IMG/VR virus record: IMGVR_UViG_3300038406_000196 | Location: 1 to 64,000 of that record | Length of the DNA stretch: 64,000 bases | Direction: 5' to 3' (one strand) | DNA from: a virus | Shown here: positions 1 to 7,852 of the stretch, piece by piece | How the letters are laid out: the number at the start of each line of letters is the position of its first letter | Position numbering within the stretch: position 1 is the first letter of the stretch | Translations under genes and position numbers: made by a program | The notes under the pieces: generated by a model | The model's database searches: none | What the model was told of the DNA's origin: nothing | What the model saw: only the letters and a program-made list of their open reading frames with translations

Positions 1-146
1 CACCCGTTGACGTAGGTGGTGATGCGCTCGGCACCGTTCGGGGAGCCGCTGGCGAGCGTGGCCACCTGGACCACGTTCTGACCGTTGCCCCAGGCGACGC
101 GCACGTCGAACGGGGAGTCTGGTTGGCTGATCGTCTCACTTGGCAT
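1..146 (-). CDS. hypothetical protein, truncated at window edge
   Basis: ATG at 146 with upstream GGGAAAG; open frame MPSETISQPDSPFDVRVAWG... to position 1. Confidence 0.5.
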   Translation of the reverse strand, partial: MPSETISQPDSPFDVRVAWGNGQNVVQVATLASGSPNGAERITTYVNG

Positions 147-192
147 TGTTGATCTTTCCCATCTCGGGTAAGCCCATCGTCGGGCAGCAGAA

Positions 193-217
193 AGCCCCGA
201 CCGCAGTGGTCGGGGCT
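193..217 (-). terminator. probable intrinsic terminator
   Basis: AGCCCCGACC/GGTCGGGGCT 10-bp stem followed by TTCTG on the minus strand, downstream of 303..1217. Confidence 0.55.
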
Positions 218-302
218 CTCACCCGGCATCGCGCCGGGGAGTAGGTGGGCGAGGGCTCGCGCAATCAAGCCCGCGAGCCCCTCGGTAGTCGCTACAGCTG
301 CA

Positions 303-1217
303 CTACGGCGCCGCCGAGATCTCCGAGTACAGGTAGTCAACCTGCTCCGGGCCGAGGGTGGCGCTGCGGAACATCCGCTTGCGGTGGTTGGGCAGCAGCA
401 GCGACGGGCCGATGCGTCCGCCCGCCACCCGCATCTCGACCAGTGTGAACGGCAGCCGGTGCCGGGTCAGGAAGTGGCGGCCGAGCGCCTGGAAGCCGGC
501 CCGGAACAGCGGCGGGTCGGACACGTACTGGACCGACGCGAACATGGTTCGGCCCTTGCGTGCCTCCGGCCGCCACTGCACGTAGCAGGCGTCGCCGCGG
601 TGGAGGAGGACAAGGTGGCGTGCCCAGCGGCATCCGGTGTGGTCCCGGTAGTAGGTGCGGGCCGGTTCGGGGAGCGTCGCGTCGATGACCGCACGATCGG
701 CGCTGATCTTCACCCGGCCGGGGGTTGTCGGCCACGGCAGGTTGACGACCAGCGCGGTGTCGGTGTCCAGGTACTCGAAGCCCAAGCGCAGGTTGAGCTT
801 CTGCACCACGTCGATCGGTGTGAGGTCGGTGAAGTGGTAGCCGGGCTGGGCCAGCAGCGCCTTCACCATGCGGATCGAGCCGGTGCGATGCTGCGGGTCG
901 ACGTACCAGACGGCCAGGTTGCAGAACCGTTCCGTACGCCCGTTGATCTGGCGGGTGGAGTAGATCGCCGGGTAGGCGCCCACGATCGAGTCGCCGGAGC
1001 GGAGCAGCATGCCGTGGTTGGGTGCCTGCGAGCCTGGCAGGTTGCATGACCGGCGCCAGGCTTGCGCCCAATGTTCGGGGGAGGTGTCCGGCGGGAAGTT
1101 GTGGCCGAGGAACTGTCCCACTTCGTCCAGGTCGGTGTCGGTGATCGGCTCAACCTTGACCGTGGCCGGGTTGGTGGTCTCTGCCCGTTGTGTCCGCTGC
1201 TCTACCACGGTGCGCAT
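303..1217 (-). CDS. GNAT-fold acyltransferase-like protein
   Basis: 304 aa; FCNLAVWYVDPQHRTGS resembles the GNAT acetyl-CoA-binding motif A. Confidence 0.55.
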   Translation of the reverse strand: MRTVVEQRTQRAETTNPATVKVEPITDTDLDEVGQFLGHNFPPDTSPEHWAQAWRRSCNLPGSQAPNHGMLLRSGDSIVGAYPAIYSTRQINGRTERFCNLAVWYVDPQHRTGSIRMVKALLAQPGYHFTDLTPIDVVQKLNLRLGFEYLDTDTALVVNLPWPTTPGRVKISADRAVIDATLPEPARTYYRDHTGCRWARHLVLLHRGDACYVQWRPEARKGRTMFASVQYVSDPPLFRAGFQALGRHFLTRHRLPFTLVEMRVAGGRIGPSLLLPNHRKRMFRSATLGPEQVDYLYSEISAAP

Positions 1218-1589
1218 GTTGTCACCGTATGTAGATCAACAGGTGGGAGTGTCGGAGATGCGACAGGGGCCGGCCGGTGTCACCCTGCGCTTGCAGCCCA
1301 GCCGGCCCCGGTCGAACAGGCTAGAGGCAGCACAGTGCGAGCACTACCCGCACGCACACGTCGATCAGCAGCATTCCGGAGCCACCCCCTCCCCAAGATC
1401 CGTTCCCCAGGTATTCGTGGCTGGTGGCGGCCCACGGCGACCGGGGGCTGTGAGGTCGCGGGGCCGCCGGCATAGCGGGGGCGGAGGGTTACGCTGCGCA
1501 CACACCCGATAGCTGAGCGTCTATCGCATATCTGCCGCTGGCGCTGGTCGTTAGGCTCCGAAACAGACCCGCAAGGAGGAAGACGACCC

Positions 1590-1991
1590 ATGGCAACCGT
1601 GCAAGAGGTGGTCTACACCGACGACCTCACCGGCAAGCAGCTCAACGCTGGCGCATTCTGGACCATCCGGCTGGTAATCGACGATGTGGCCTACGAGCTG
1701 CACCTGTCCGGGAAGTCCAAGACTGCGTGGGAGAAGGCGCTGCAGCCGTTCATCGAGAACACGGTCGGCGAGAAGGTGAAGCTGCCAGCGCACGGCAGCC
1801 GGATCAGCCTGTTCAGCCAGCGGCGGCCGGCGACGGTGGACCGGGAACAGAACCGGGCGATCCGAAACTGGCTGGCCGACAACTGGCAGAACGCCGGGCT
1901 CGACCCGCCCTCATGGAAGGGGCGTATCCCGGTTGCGGCAGTGGAGGCGTTCCAGCGGTACGGCGGGAAGAAGGTTCCGCCGGCTGCGTAG
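1590..1991 (+). CDS. lsr2: Lsr2 family nucleoid-associated protein
   Basis: N-terminal MATVQEVVYTDDLTG..YELHLS dimerisation motif; C-terminal AIRNW...KGRIP AT-hook-like motif; RBS AAGGAGG. Confidence 0.85.
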   Translation: MATVQEVVYTDDLTGKQLNAGAFWTIRLVIDDVAYELHLSGKSKTAWEKALQPFIENTVGEKVKLPAHGSRISLFSQRRPATVDREQNRAIRNWLADNWQNAGLDPPSWKGRIPVAAVEAFQRYGGKKVPPAA

Positions 1992-2018
1992 CGGCGACCA
2001 GATTTCAGCTGTCTACGG

Positions 2019-2546
2019 TCAGGCTGGCTCGTAGCGCGCCCAAGTCACGCGGCCGTCCATGAAGATGAGGCGCAGCCCCGATCCGGCCATGACCTGTTCC
2101 TTCACATCGTCGCTGATCGCCGGATCGGCGAGGTGGACGGTGTAGAACTTGCCGAAGTGCTGGGGCCGGGTGCCGAACCGGACCGCGTGGCCGGGCTCGA
2201 TCGACCAGCGCTCGCGTTCGCAGATGGACCGCTGCTCGTCGGTCAGCTCACCCACCGGCACATAGCCGCGTGGCCGGTCCACTGCCTCATCGAACCGGCT
2301 TCTGCCCGACACAACGCACAGGCGATCCGGGTCGCGGTTCGGGATGTGGATGTAGAACTTGTGGGGGAAGCCGTACTTCATGTCCGCCCACTCGGGCGCC
2401 CACAACGGTTCGGCCACTAGGTCGTCGGGGTGAATGCTGCCGCAGAAGGAGCAGCGGCGAAAGTGCTCGCCGCCGCGGGGTTCGGACCACGACCAGCCGC
2501 CGTACTGCTCGGCCTCCCAGCCATGCACAGGCTCACGGTCGGGCAC
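2019..2546 (-). CDS. hypothetical phage protein (CSFCGSIHP motif)
   Basis: 175-aa ORF with GGAGG RBS, last gene of leftward operon. Confidence 0.65.
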   Translation of the reverse strand: MPDREPVHGWEAEQYGGWSWSEPRGGEHFRRCSFCGSIHPDDLVAEPLWAPEWADMKYGFPHKFYIHIPNRDPDRLCVVSGRSRFDEAVDRPRGYVPVGELTDEQRSICERERWSIEPGHAVRFGTRPQHFGKFYTVHLADPAISDDVKEQVMAGSGLRLIFMDGRVTWARYEPA

Positions 2547-2790
2547 GGCTCACCTCCCCGCCTTTGCAAGGTTGGTGGCGCCCCTCGGCGGCCGGGGGCT
2601 GGTTGGTCGCGGGGCCGCCGGACTGCGGGGGGCGGGAATGGAGGAAGCCCCGCCGTTCGCTTCTGGTGGCGATCAGGCGGGGCTTCCCAGACTTCGACTG
2701 CGACTTGGACTCGCTGGGCCAGCGTAGCAGAGCAACGCCCGGTGCTCGCCGGGCGGTGGACACACTGGTATCCGGTCGGAAGCGTATCTG

Positions 2791-3162
2791 TCACGCTCGG
2801 CCTTGGTCAACTTGCCTCCGGCGGCGGCGTGTCGACTGCTGCAGGGCTTTCAACTCGGCCAGCTTGTACCGCCACCCGGAGCGGGTCTTCTCGCCGTGGA
2901 GCCGGCCCGCCAGGCGCAGCCGGCGGACGTTGGCCGTCGACGTGCACAGCCAGTCCGCAGTCTGGGCCGGGGTGAGGAGCATGTGGTCGTCCACGGTCAC
3001 CACCTGCGGCACGGCCCACGTCTCGCCGAACTGGACGGCGGTGGCGTCCGCCTCGTCGCACAGGTCCACCGACAGCGACCGCAGATGCGCCCGGTACATC
3101 TGCGCCACCTTCCGGGCTCGGGCCAGCGCATGGTCGCCGGGGAACGGCCAACGGCCGGTCAT
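2791..3162 (-). CDS. HTH (excisionase-like) DNA-binding protein
   Basis: C-terminal LLTPAQTADWLCTSTANVRRLRLAGRLHGEKTRSGWRY; ATGA overlap with upstream gene. Confidence 0.7.
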   Translation of the reverse strand: MTGRWPFPGDHALARARKVAQMYRAHLRSLSVDLCDEADATAVQFGETWAVPQVVTVDDHMLLTPAQTADWLCTSTANVRRLRLAGRLHGEKTRSGWRYKLAELKALQQSTRRRRRQVDQGRA

Positions 3163-3983
3163 GCCGCGCCCTGCCAGACGAGCAGCCGCATCATCCTTTC
3201 GTACTCGTCGTACGGTCGCCACGCTCCGCAGTCGTGACACCACACGGGCGGGTCGTCCTTGAACTGGCGGGGGTGGCGTTGGCGGAGGTCTTCACCGTCG
3301 CATTCGTGGCAGGTGCCCGGCAGCCTCCGGACCCGTTCCGTCAGGCCGGTCATCGCGTTGGCCAACGAGTGGAGCCGGGTGAGGTGGAGGATGCCGTCGG
3401 CGCCGGTGGGGGCGGTGTGGTCGATGGCATGGTGGCGTTGGGCGGCCGTCTGCTGGTCGGGGTGTTGCCGGTCCGGCCCCCACACCACCGCCGACTCCAT
3501 CGAGTCGTCCAGGGCTGGATAGTCGGCCATGTCGCACGGGCCGAGCCGGGCGAGCCGGTCCAGCCGGGGGGCGATCACGTCAACCGCCCGTCGGACCGCC
3601 CAACCTTCCCGCACCCCGATGCGGACCTCGGCCGACAGCCGGTCCATGTCCCGCACCACCGGCTCCCACGAGGTGGCCACCCACCAGATGTGCCGCTGCA
3701 GGACGAGGACGTACTCGCGCAGGGGGAGGGGTAGTTCACCGCGGCCCCGTTTCGGCTGCCCGTCGGACCACTCACCGAGGCTCGGGGGGATCAGCTGCTC
3801 CAGGGCCACGTAGTCGGCTGGCAGGTTCCGCACGTCCCGTTCAGCCACTCGGAGGCAGTCGGGGCACAGCGGCGGCGAGTTGAGATCGAGCAGCGCGGCG
3901 CGTTTCCGGGGGTGGTCGAAGTTGCGGCACCGTACGCCGGCCTGGCAGAGCCGTTCGGCTGAAACGCTGGTGGCAGGTGTCAT
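3159..3983 (-). CDS. hypothetical phage protein with Cys pairs
   Basis: 274 aa, several CxxC pairs, RBS GAGGAG. Confidence 0.7.
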   Translation of the reverse strand: MTPATSVSAERLCQAGVRCRNFDHPRKRAALLDLNSPPLCPDCLRVAERDVRNLPADYVALEQLIPPSLGEWSDGQPKRGRGELPLPLREYVLVLQRHIWWVATSWEPVVRDMDRLSAEVRIGVREGWAVRRAVDVIAPRLDRLARLGPCDMADYPALDDSMESAVVWGPDRQHPDQQTAAQRHHAIDHTAPTGADGILHLTRLHSLANAMTGLTERVRRLPGTCHECDGEDLRQRHPRQFKDDPPVWCHDCGAWRPYDEYERMMRLLVWQGAA

Positions 3984-4131
3984 GGTGTCGATCTCCTCGG
4001 ACTACTCGCAGGTAGGTTGTCGGGAGATCACGCCTTCGCGGGGGAGCGCGGCGATCTGCGGTGGCCCTGGACCTGCTGGCGTGTGGTCCAGGGCCACCCG
4101 TTACACCTCAGCCCGGATGCACGGGCGGCAC

Positions 4132-4180
4132 TAAGTCTAGGCGCTTGCCTTGACGCCATCCACCGGCTAGACTTATCCTT
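4132..4180 (+). promoter_or_regulatory. hicAB promoter/operator (leaderless)
   Basis: TTGCCT-17-TAGACT 7 nt before the GTG; 9-bp inverted repeat TAAGTCTAG/CTAGACTTA. Confidence 0.6.
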
Positions 4181-4399
4181 GTGAAGCCGATGCCGACCAA
4201 GGACCTCCGCAAGCTCCTGCGCAAACGCGGCTGCCAGAAGGGCGACACCAAGGGCTCACACGAGAAGTGGACCGCGCCCGGTGGCCACAGCGCCACCCTC
4301 AAGGCAGCCGCGAAGGAGCAGGCGCCAGGAACGCTACGGAACATCCAGGCGGCATTGGCGCCCGAGCTTGGAGACCGATGGATCGAGGAGGCGCAGTGA
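4181..4399 (+). CDS. hicA: HicA family toxin
   Basis: 72 aa; KGSHEKW and GTLRNI motifs. Confidence 0.85.
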   Translation: MKPMPTKDLRKLLRKRGCQKGDTKGSHEKWTAPGGHSATLKAAAKEQAPGTLRNIQAALAPELGDRWIEEAQ

Positions 4400-4821
4400 A
4401 GACCTACACCGTGAAGGCCGAGTGGGACGCCACCGGATGGTGGGTTGTCACCGTTCCCGAAGTCCCCGGAGCGATCACCCAGAGCAAGCGGCTTGACCAG
4501 GTGGAAGCCGACGTGGCCGAGGTGATTGCGCTCATGACCGGCGAGGAGCCCGACGCCTACGAGGTCAACCTTGACTGGTCGGCGCCGGTTGAGGCCGGTC
4601 AGCACGCCAACGAGGCCCGCCAGCTTCGAGCCAGGGCTGAGGCCGCTGCGGACGAAGCCGCCAGGGCCACGGCTAGGGCGGTACGGGAGCTTGCCGCCGC
4701 TGGGTTCACCCTGCGGGACATCGGCACCATGACCGGGGTCTCGTATCAGCGTGCCCAGCAGATCGCCCCCCGCAAGGCGCGCACGAAGCGCGCGGCGCAA
4801 CGAAGGCGCGTTCCCGCATAG
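4396..4821 (+). CDS. hicB: HicB family antitoxin with C-terminal HTH
   Basis: WWVVTVPEVPGAITQ motif; GTGA overlap with hicA; TLRDIGTMTGVSYQRAQQI HTH. Confidence 0.85.
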   Translation: MKTYTVKAEWDATGWWVVTVPEVPGAITQSKRLDQVEADVAEVIALMTGEEPDAYEVNLDWSAPVEAGQHANEARQLRARAEAAADEAARATARAVRELAAAGFTLRDIGTMTGVSYQRAQQIAPRKARTKRAAQRRRVPA

Positions 4822-4987
4822 GCTCATGCTGGCCTCCAGCCACCAAACAGCAGCACCAGAGCCAACAGGGTGAGCCACCCGTTGTCGAGACGCGCACCCA
4901 ACACGCCTGCGGTGACCACCGCCGCGAACCAGGCCACGAACGCCACCGCCGTCCAGGCGGTGGCCCGCACCTCGGACCGGCGGGCGG

Positions 4988-5191
4988 TCACGCCAGGCTC
5001 CAGTCGGGCTCGATCAGGTCCACGAACCCCTCCCACCGCCAGCCACCATCCACCGGGATCATGATGTTCAAGTTCCCGACCGGGTTGCGGGTCAGCCGCG
5101 CGTCGGGGAACCGTTCGGCGACCTGCCGCAGCACCTCAGCCAACTCTGCCGGGGGCACGCTCGGGTCCAGCCGGTCAACGACGAAGCTCAC
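4988..5191 (-). CDS. small hypothetical protein
   Basis: GTGA coupling with 5188..5529, GGAGG RBS. Confidence 0.5.
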   Translation of the reverse strand: MSFVVDRLDPSVPPAELAEVLRQVAERFPDARLTRNPVGNLNIMIPVDGGWRWEGFVDLIEPDWSLA

Positions 5192-5529
5192 TGCGGCCTC
5201 CAAGCCTCGTCGTAGCCCTTCCGGCCAGACCACGCCGTAGCCAGCGCCTGAACACACCGCCGGTAGGCACCGAGGCGGACCTTCGCCGCACCGGCCAGCA
5301 CCGTGTCCTCAGCGGCCTCTACCGCCGCACGCATCGCCTCGTACTGGGCCAGGATGTCCTCCCCGGCGAAGACCAGGTCTTGCAGGCCGGCAGCCGTTAC
5401 CCGGTGCCACTCAGCTTCCGGGGCGTTGCTCCAATGGCCGGGCGGTGGCGTCCGGACCGCATCGCACCGTGCGTGCTCCACCTGGAGCTGGGTGCGGACG
5501 AACTCGGCGAGCGGGTCAGGCTGGGCCAT
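5188..5529 (-). CDS. DUF6221-like hypothetical protein (last array unit)
   Basis: DPLAEFVRTQL...ALATAWSGRKGYDEAWRP pattern; starts at junction ATGGCCCAGCCTGA. Confidence 0.6.
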   Translation of the reverse strand: MAQPDPLAEFVRTQLQVEHARCDAVRTPPPGHWSNAPEAEWHRVTAAGLQDLVFAGEDILAQYEAMRAAVEAAEDTVLAGAAKVRLGAYRRCVQALATAWSGRKGYDEAWRPQ

Positions 5530-5686
5530 CGGTAGCCTCCGTGGTCGCACCGCATGCACAGCTGTGCACGGCGTGGTCGCCATCGCCCTTCCGGCACGGA
5601 TGGCACCAGTGCCTCAGAGTGTGCACCGGACAGCCGCCGCCCCAGCGGTAGTCACGGAACGTCTCACGCACCCGGTCAGGCTGCAT
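5516..5686 (-). CDS. small Cys/His-rich protein (array unit)
   Basis: starts at ATGCAGCCTGA junction with GGAGG RBS; 56 aa. Confidence 0.55.
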   Translation of the reverse strand: MQPDRVRETFRDYRWGGGCPVHTLRHWCHPCRKGDGDHAVHSCACGATTEATDGPA

Positions 5687-5945
5687 TATGTGACACCTCC
5701 CGAGCGGGCCATCGAACGCGACACCCCGGCCGACCGCAGCGCAGTCCCGGCGGCACCTCATGCGCAGCCCATACCGACGCTTCATCCAACGGCATGCCGT
5801 TGCAGGCCGCGTACATGAACCTGGACCCGCTGTCCGCGATCTCGACGTGTGCCATGTGCAGCAGCTTCAGCGAGCGTACGTTCGGGCGGTCGTACCAGGA
5901 TGCGTCTCGTAGCGCAGCGAATGCCTGCGGGTCAGGCTGCACCAC
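5676..5945 (-). CDS. small hypothetical protein (array unit)
   Basis: starts GTGGTGCAGCCTGA after GGAGGAG; ends HNAA*. Confidence 0.6.
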   Translation of the reverse strand: MVQPDPQAFAALRDASWYDRPNVRSLKLLHMAHVEIADSGSRFMYAACNGMPLDEASVWAAHEVPPGLRCGRPGCRVRWPAREVSHNAA

Positions 5946-6210
5946 GGCGGTCTCCTCCCAGCCGGTCCCTGGCCAACGTCGGCCACCGGCGGATCATCAT
6001 CGGGATCACCGGCACCGACAGATGCCCGGCGACCAGCAGCAGCAGCCTCAAGGAGACGATCACTGCGGCCAGCCCCGCCCACCACGGCATCCCGAGGCCG
6101 GCGAGCCACCAGACAAGCGGAACCATCACGGCGAAGATCAGGGCACTCGCAGCGACGACGTACACGGCGATGGCCCGCTTCGGCGGCATCCCGTTCCACT
6201 CAGGCTCCAT
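5932..6210 (-). CDS. small 2-TM membrane protein (array unit)
   Basis: starts ATGGAGCCTGA; two hydrophobic stretches. Confidence 0.6.
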   Translation of the reverse strand: MEPEWNGMPPKRAIAVYVVAASALIFAVMVPLVWWLAGLGMPWWAGLAAVIVSLRLLLLVAGHLSVPVIPMMIRRWPTLARDRLGGDRRGAA

Positions 6211-6451
6211 GACGGCCACCTCCCCGCAGCGGCTTCGTGATCCACAACAGCAGCGGATCGGCCGCCTCCCCACCGGCCACCAGCAAGGCGACGGCGACAC
6301 CAGCCTGGATTCCTAGGGCCAGCCCACCACCCAGCCCGGCCAGCAGATGCCCCACCAGCAGCACGGTGCCGACCATGAACACACCGGCGAACAGGCAGTA
6401 GACGGCCAAGGCGGGCAGGGGCGGGTCGGGGGTTGTCTGGTCAGGCTCCAT
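6200..6451 (-). CDS. small 2-TM membrane protein (array unit)
   Basis: starts ATGGAGCCTGA; hydrophobic; ends RHGA*. Confidence 0.6.
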   Translation of the reverse strand: MEPDQTTPDPPLPALAVYCLFAGVFMVGTVLLVGHLLAGLGGGLALGIQAGVAVALLVAGGEAADPLLLWITKPLRGGGRHGA

Positions 6452-6680
6452 GACGGCCTCGCTCCCGCCGGATCAGCCACAGACCGAGCAGCACCCCGAA
6501 GGCCACCGCAGCCGTCACAGCCGCACCAGCCTGGGTGAGCCCATTCCACGGCGAGCCGACCCGGCCGTCCAGCCACACCCTGCCACCGAGCACCACTGCG
6601 GCCACGATCACGCAGGCCGAGACCACCCCAGCGGCGGTCAGGGCTCGGACGGGGAGGGGACGGTGAGAGTCGGATCGCAT
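6441..6680 (-). CDS. small 2-TM membrane protein
   Basis: TGATG coupling; two hydrophobic stretches; ends RHGA*. Confidence 0.55.
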   Translation of the reverse strand: MRSDSHRPLPVRALTAAGVVSACVIVAAVVLGGRVWLDGRVGSPWNGLTQAGAAVTAAVAFGVLLGLWLIRRERGRHGA

Positions 6681-6934
6681 CAGTCACTCACTCCACAGCT
6701 ACACGGCTCGTCAGGGCTTGCACACCAGTAGGCATGCGGGTCTGGCGGCTCCGGCGTTGGTTCGGACGGGCAGTAGCCGCCGGGCGCGTGTCCGCCACGG
6801 GCGAGGAACACCGCCCGCCCGACGCCGGTCAGTCCGTCCCGGTCGGCGTGGGCTTCCAGCTGCTCGCCGAGATGCTGGAGCAGCGGCGCGAACGCCTCCG
6901 GGCTACAGCAGGTGCGGGTCTGGTCAGGCTGCAT
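6680..6934 (-). CDS. small Cys-rich hypothetical protein (array unit)
   Basis: starts ATGCAGCCTGA. Confidence 0.5.
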   Translation of the reverse strand: MQPDQTRTCCSPEAFAPLLQHLGEQLEAHADRDGLTGVGRAVFLARGGHAPGGYCPSEPTPEPPDPHAYWCASPDEPCSCGVSD

Positions 6935-7181
6935 GGCGTCCCCCAACAGAACGGGTCGGATCAGGCCAGCGCCGGAGCATCCAACGCACCGACACCATGG
7001 AGCCGACCTTGCCCGCAAGGCTCGCGGCGACCATCATTGCCACCACCACCGCCAGCAGCGGAAGCCCCAGCCAGGTCAACGCCCAGTAGACCGCGCCAAC
7101 GGCGGCGAGGATCGCGACGGCCACTACGACGATGCAGGCGAGTACCGCCAGCTTAGGTGGGCCAGACCGGTCAGGCTGCAT
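6924..7181 (-). CDS. small 2-TM membrane protein (array unit)
   Basis: starts ATGCAGCCTGA after GGAGG; hydrophobic; ends RHAA*. Confidence 0.6.
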   Translation of the reverse strand: MQPDRSGPPKLAVLACIVVVAVAILAAVGAVYWALTWLGLPLLAVVVAMMVAASLAGKVGSMVSVRWMLRRWPDPTRSVGGRHAA

Positions 7182-7548
7182 GCGACGCCTCCGAGTCCTC
7201 GGCTGGCCGCAGGTCGGCCAGCGGGCATCCGAACTGCCCCCACGCCCGCAGGTCCACCATCGCCCACCCGTCCTCGATCGACACGATCGGACCAGGCTCG
7301 GCGTAGATCTGGACCCCCAGCCCGTGACCGGGGTGGCCGGGCTTGATCCGGTTCGGCACATACACCCGCGTGCCGACAGTCAGCGTCTCCACGGCCCATC
7401 GGGCGATGCCGTCGGCAGCACCAAGCTCGGTCTCGTCGGCGCGTCCCTGGCGGCGGAGCTTGGCCGGGTCGGCGGTGCCATACCGGTCGATCAGGGTGTC
7501 GCGGGCCACCTCGAAGGCGTCCTTCTTGCGCGGCTGGTCAGGCTGCAT
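7171..7548 (-). CDS. hypothetical protein with possible SH3-like C-terminus (array unit)
   Basis: starts ATGCAGCCTGA; ends SHAA*. Confidence 0.6.
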   Translation of the reverse strand: MQPDQPRKKDAFEVARDTLIDRYGTADPAKLRRQGRADETELGAADGIARWAVETLTVGTRVYVPNRIKPGHPGHGLGVQIYAEPGPIVSIEDGWAMVDLRAWGQFGCPLADLRPAEDSEASHAA

Positions 7549-7852
7549 GGTTGCCACCCTCGAGTCGGCGGATGTAGCCGACCGACTCGAGCTCGAGCAG
7601 CGCGTCGCGGACTTCCTCGAGCGACTCGGCGGCTGGCGACTGCGCCACAAGCGCCACGAGAGCTTCTGCGTTTACCGCTCTCGGCTCGGTGAGCAGGTCC
7701 TGCATGATGCCCAGCGCGGTAAACGTCAGACGTGGATCTCGAGCCACCTCAAGAAACGGCGGCGGGTCCGGCACCAACTCAAAGGTCTGGTCATCGGCCG
7801 CGTACCTGGCGCCGTCCTCCGAGTCCCGCGGTGATCTTGGCTCAGGCTGCAT
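7538..7852 (-). CDS. winged-helix-like protein coupled to recombinase
   Basis: DPRLTFTALGI...VRDALLELESVGYIRR resembles a wHTH; starts within the recombinase stop junction. Confidence 0.6.
   Translation of the reverse strand: MQPEPRSPRDSEDGARYAADDQTFELVPDPPPFLEVARDPRLTFTALGIMQDLLTEPRAVNAEALVALVAQSPAAESLEEVRDALLELESVGYIRRLEGGNHAA

Larger units (their letters stand above)
5516..7852 (-). repeat. dispersed direct repeat RTG(C/G)AGCCTGA at gene junctions (8 copies plus 1 variant)
   Basis: plus-strand TCAGGCTSCAY at 5676, 5932, 6200, 6441, 6924, 7171, 7538, 7842; TCAGGCTGGGCCAT at 5516. Confidence 0.9.

Noticed and set aside
245-300. tRNA gene or att-associated tRNA fragment
   Set aside because: Only a single hairpin; no cloverleaf, T-loop or CCA.
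5516-7852. CRISPR array or classical integron attC sites
   Set aside because: Repeats are only 11 bp, spacers are whole ORFs of variable length, there are no cas genes, and I saw no attC-like R/L-box hairpins or IntI-specific insertion.
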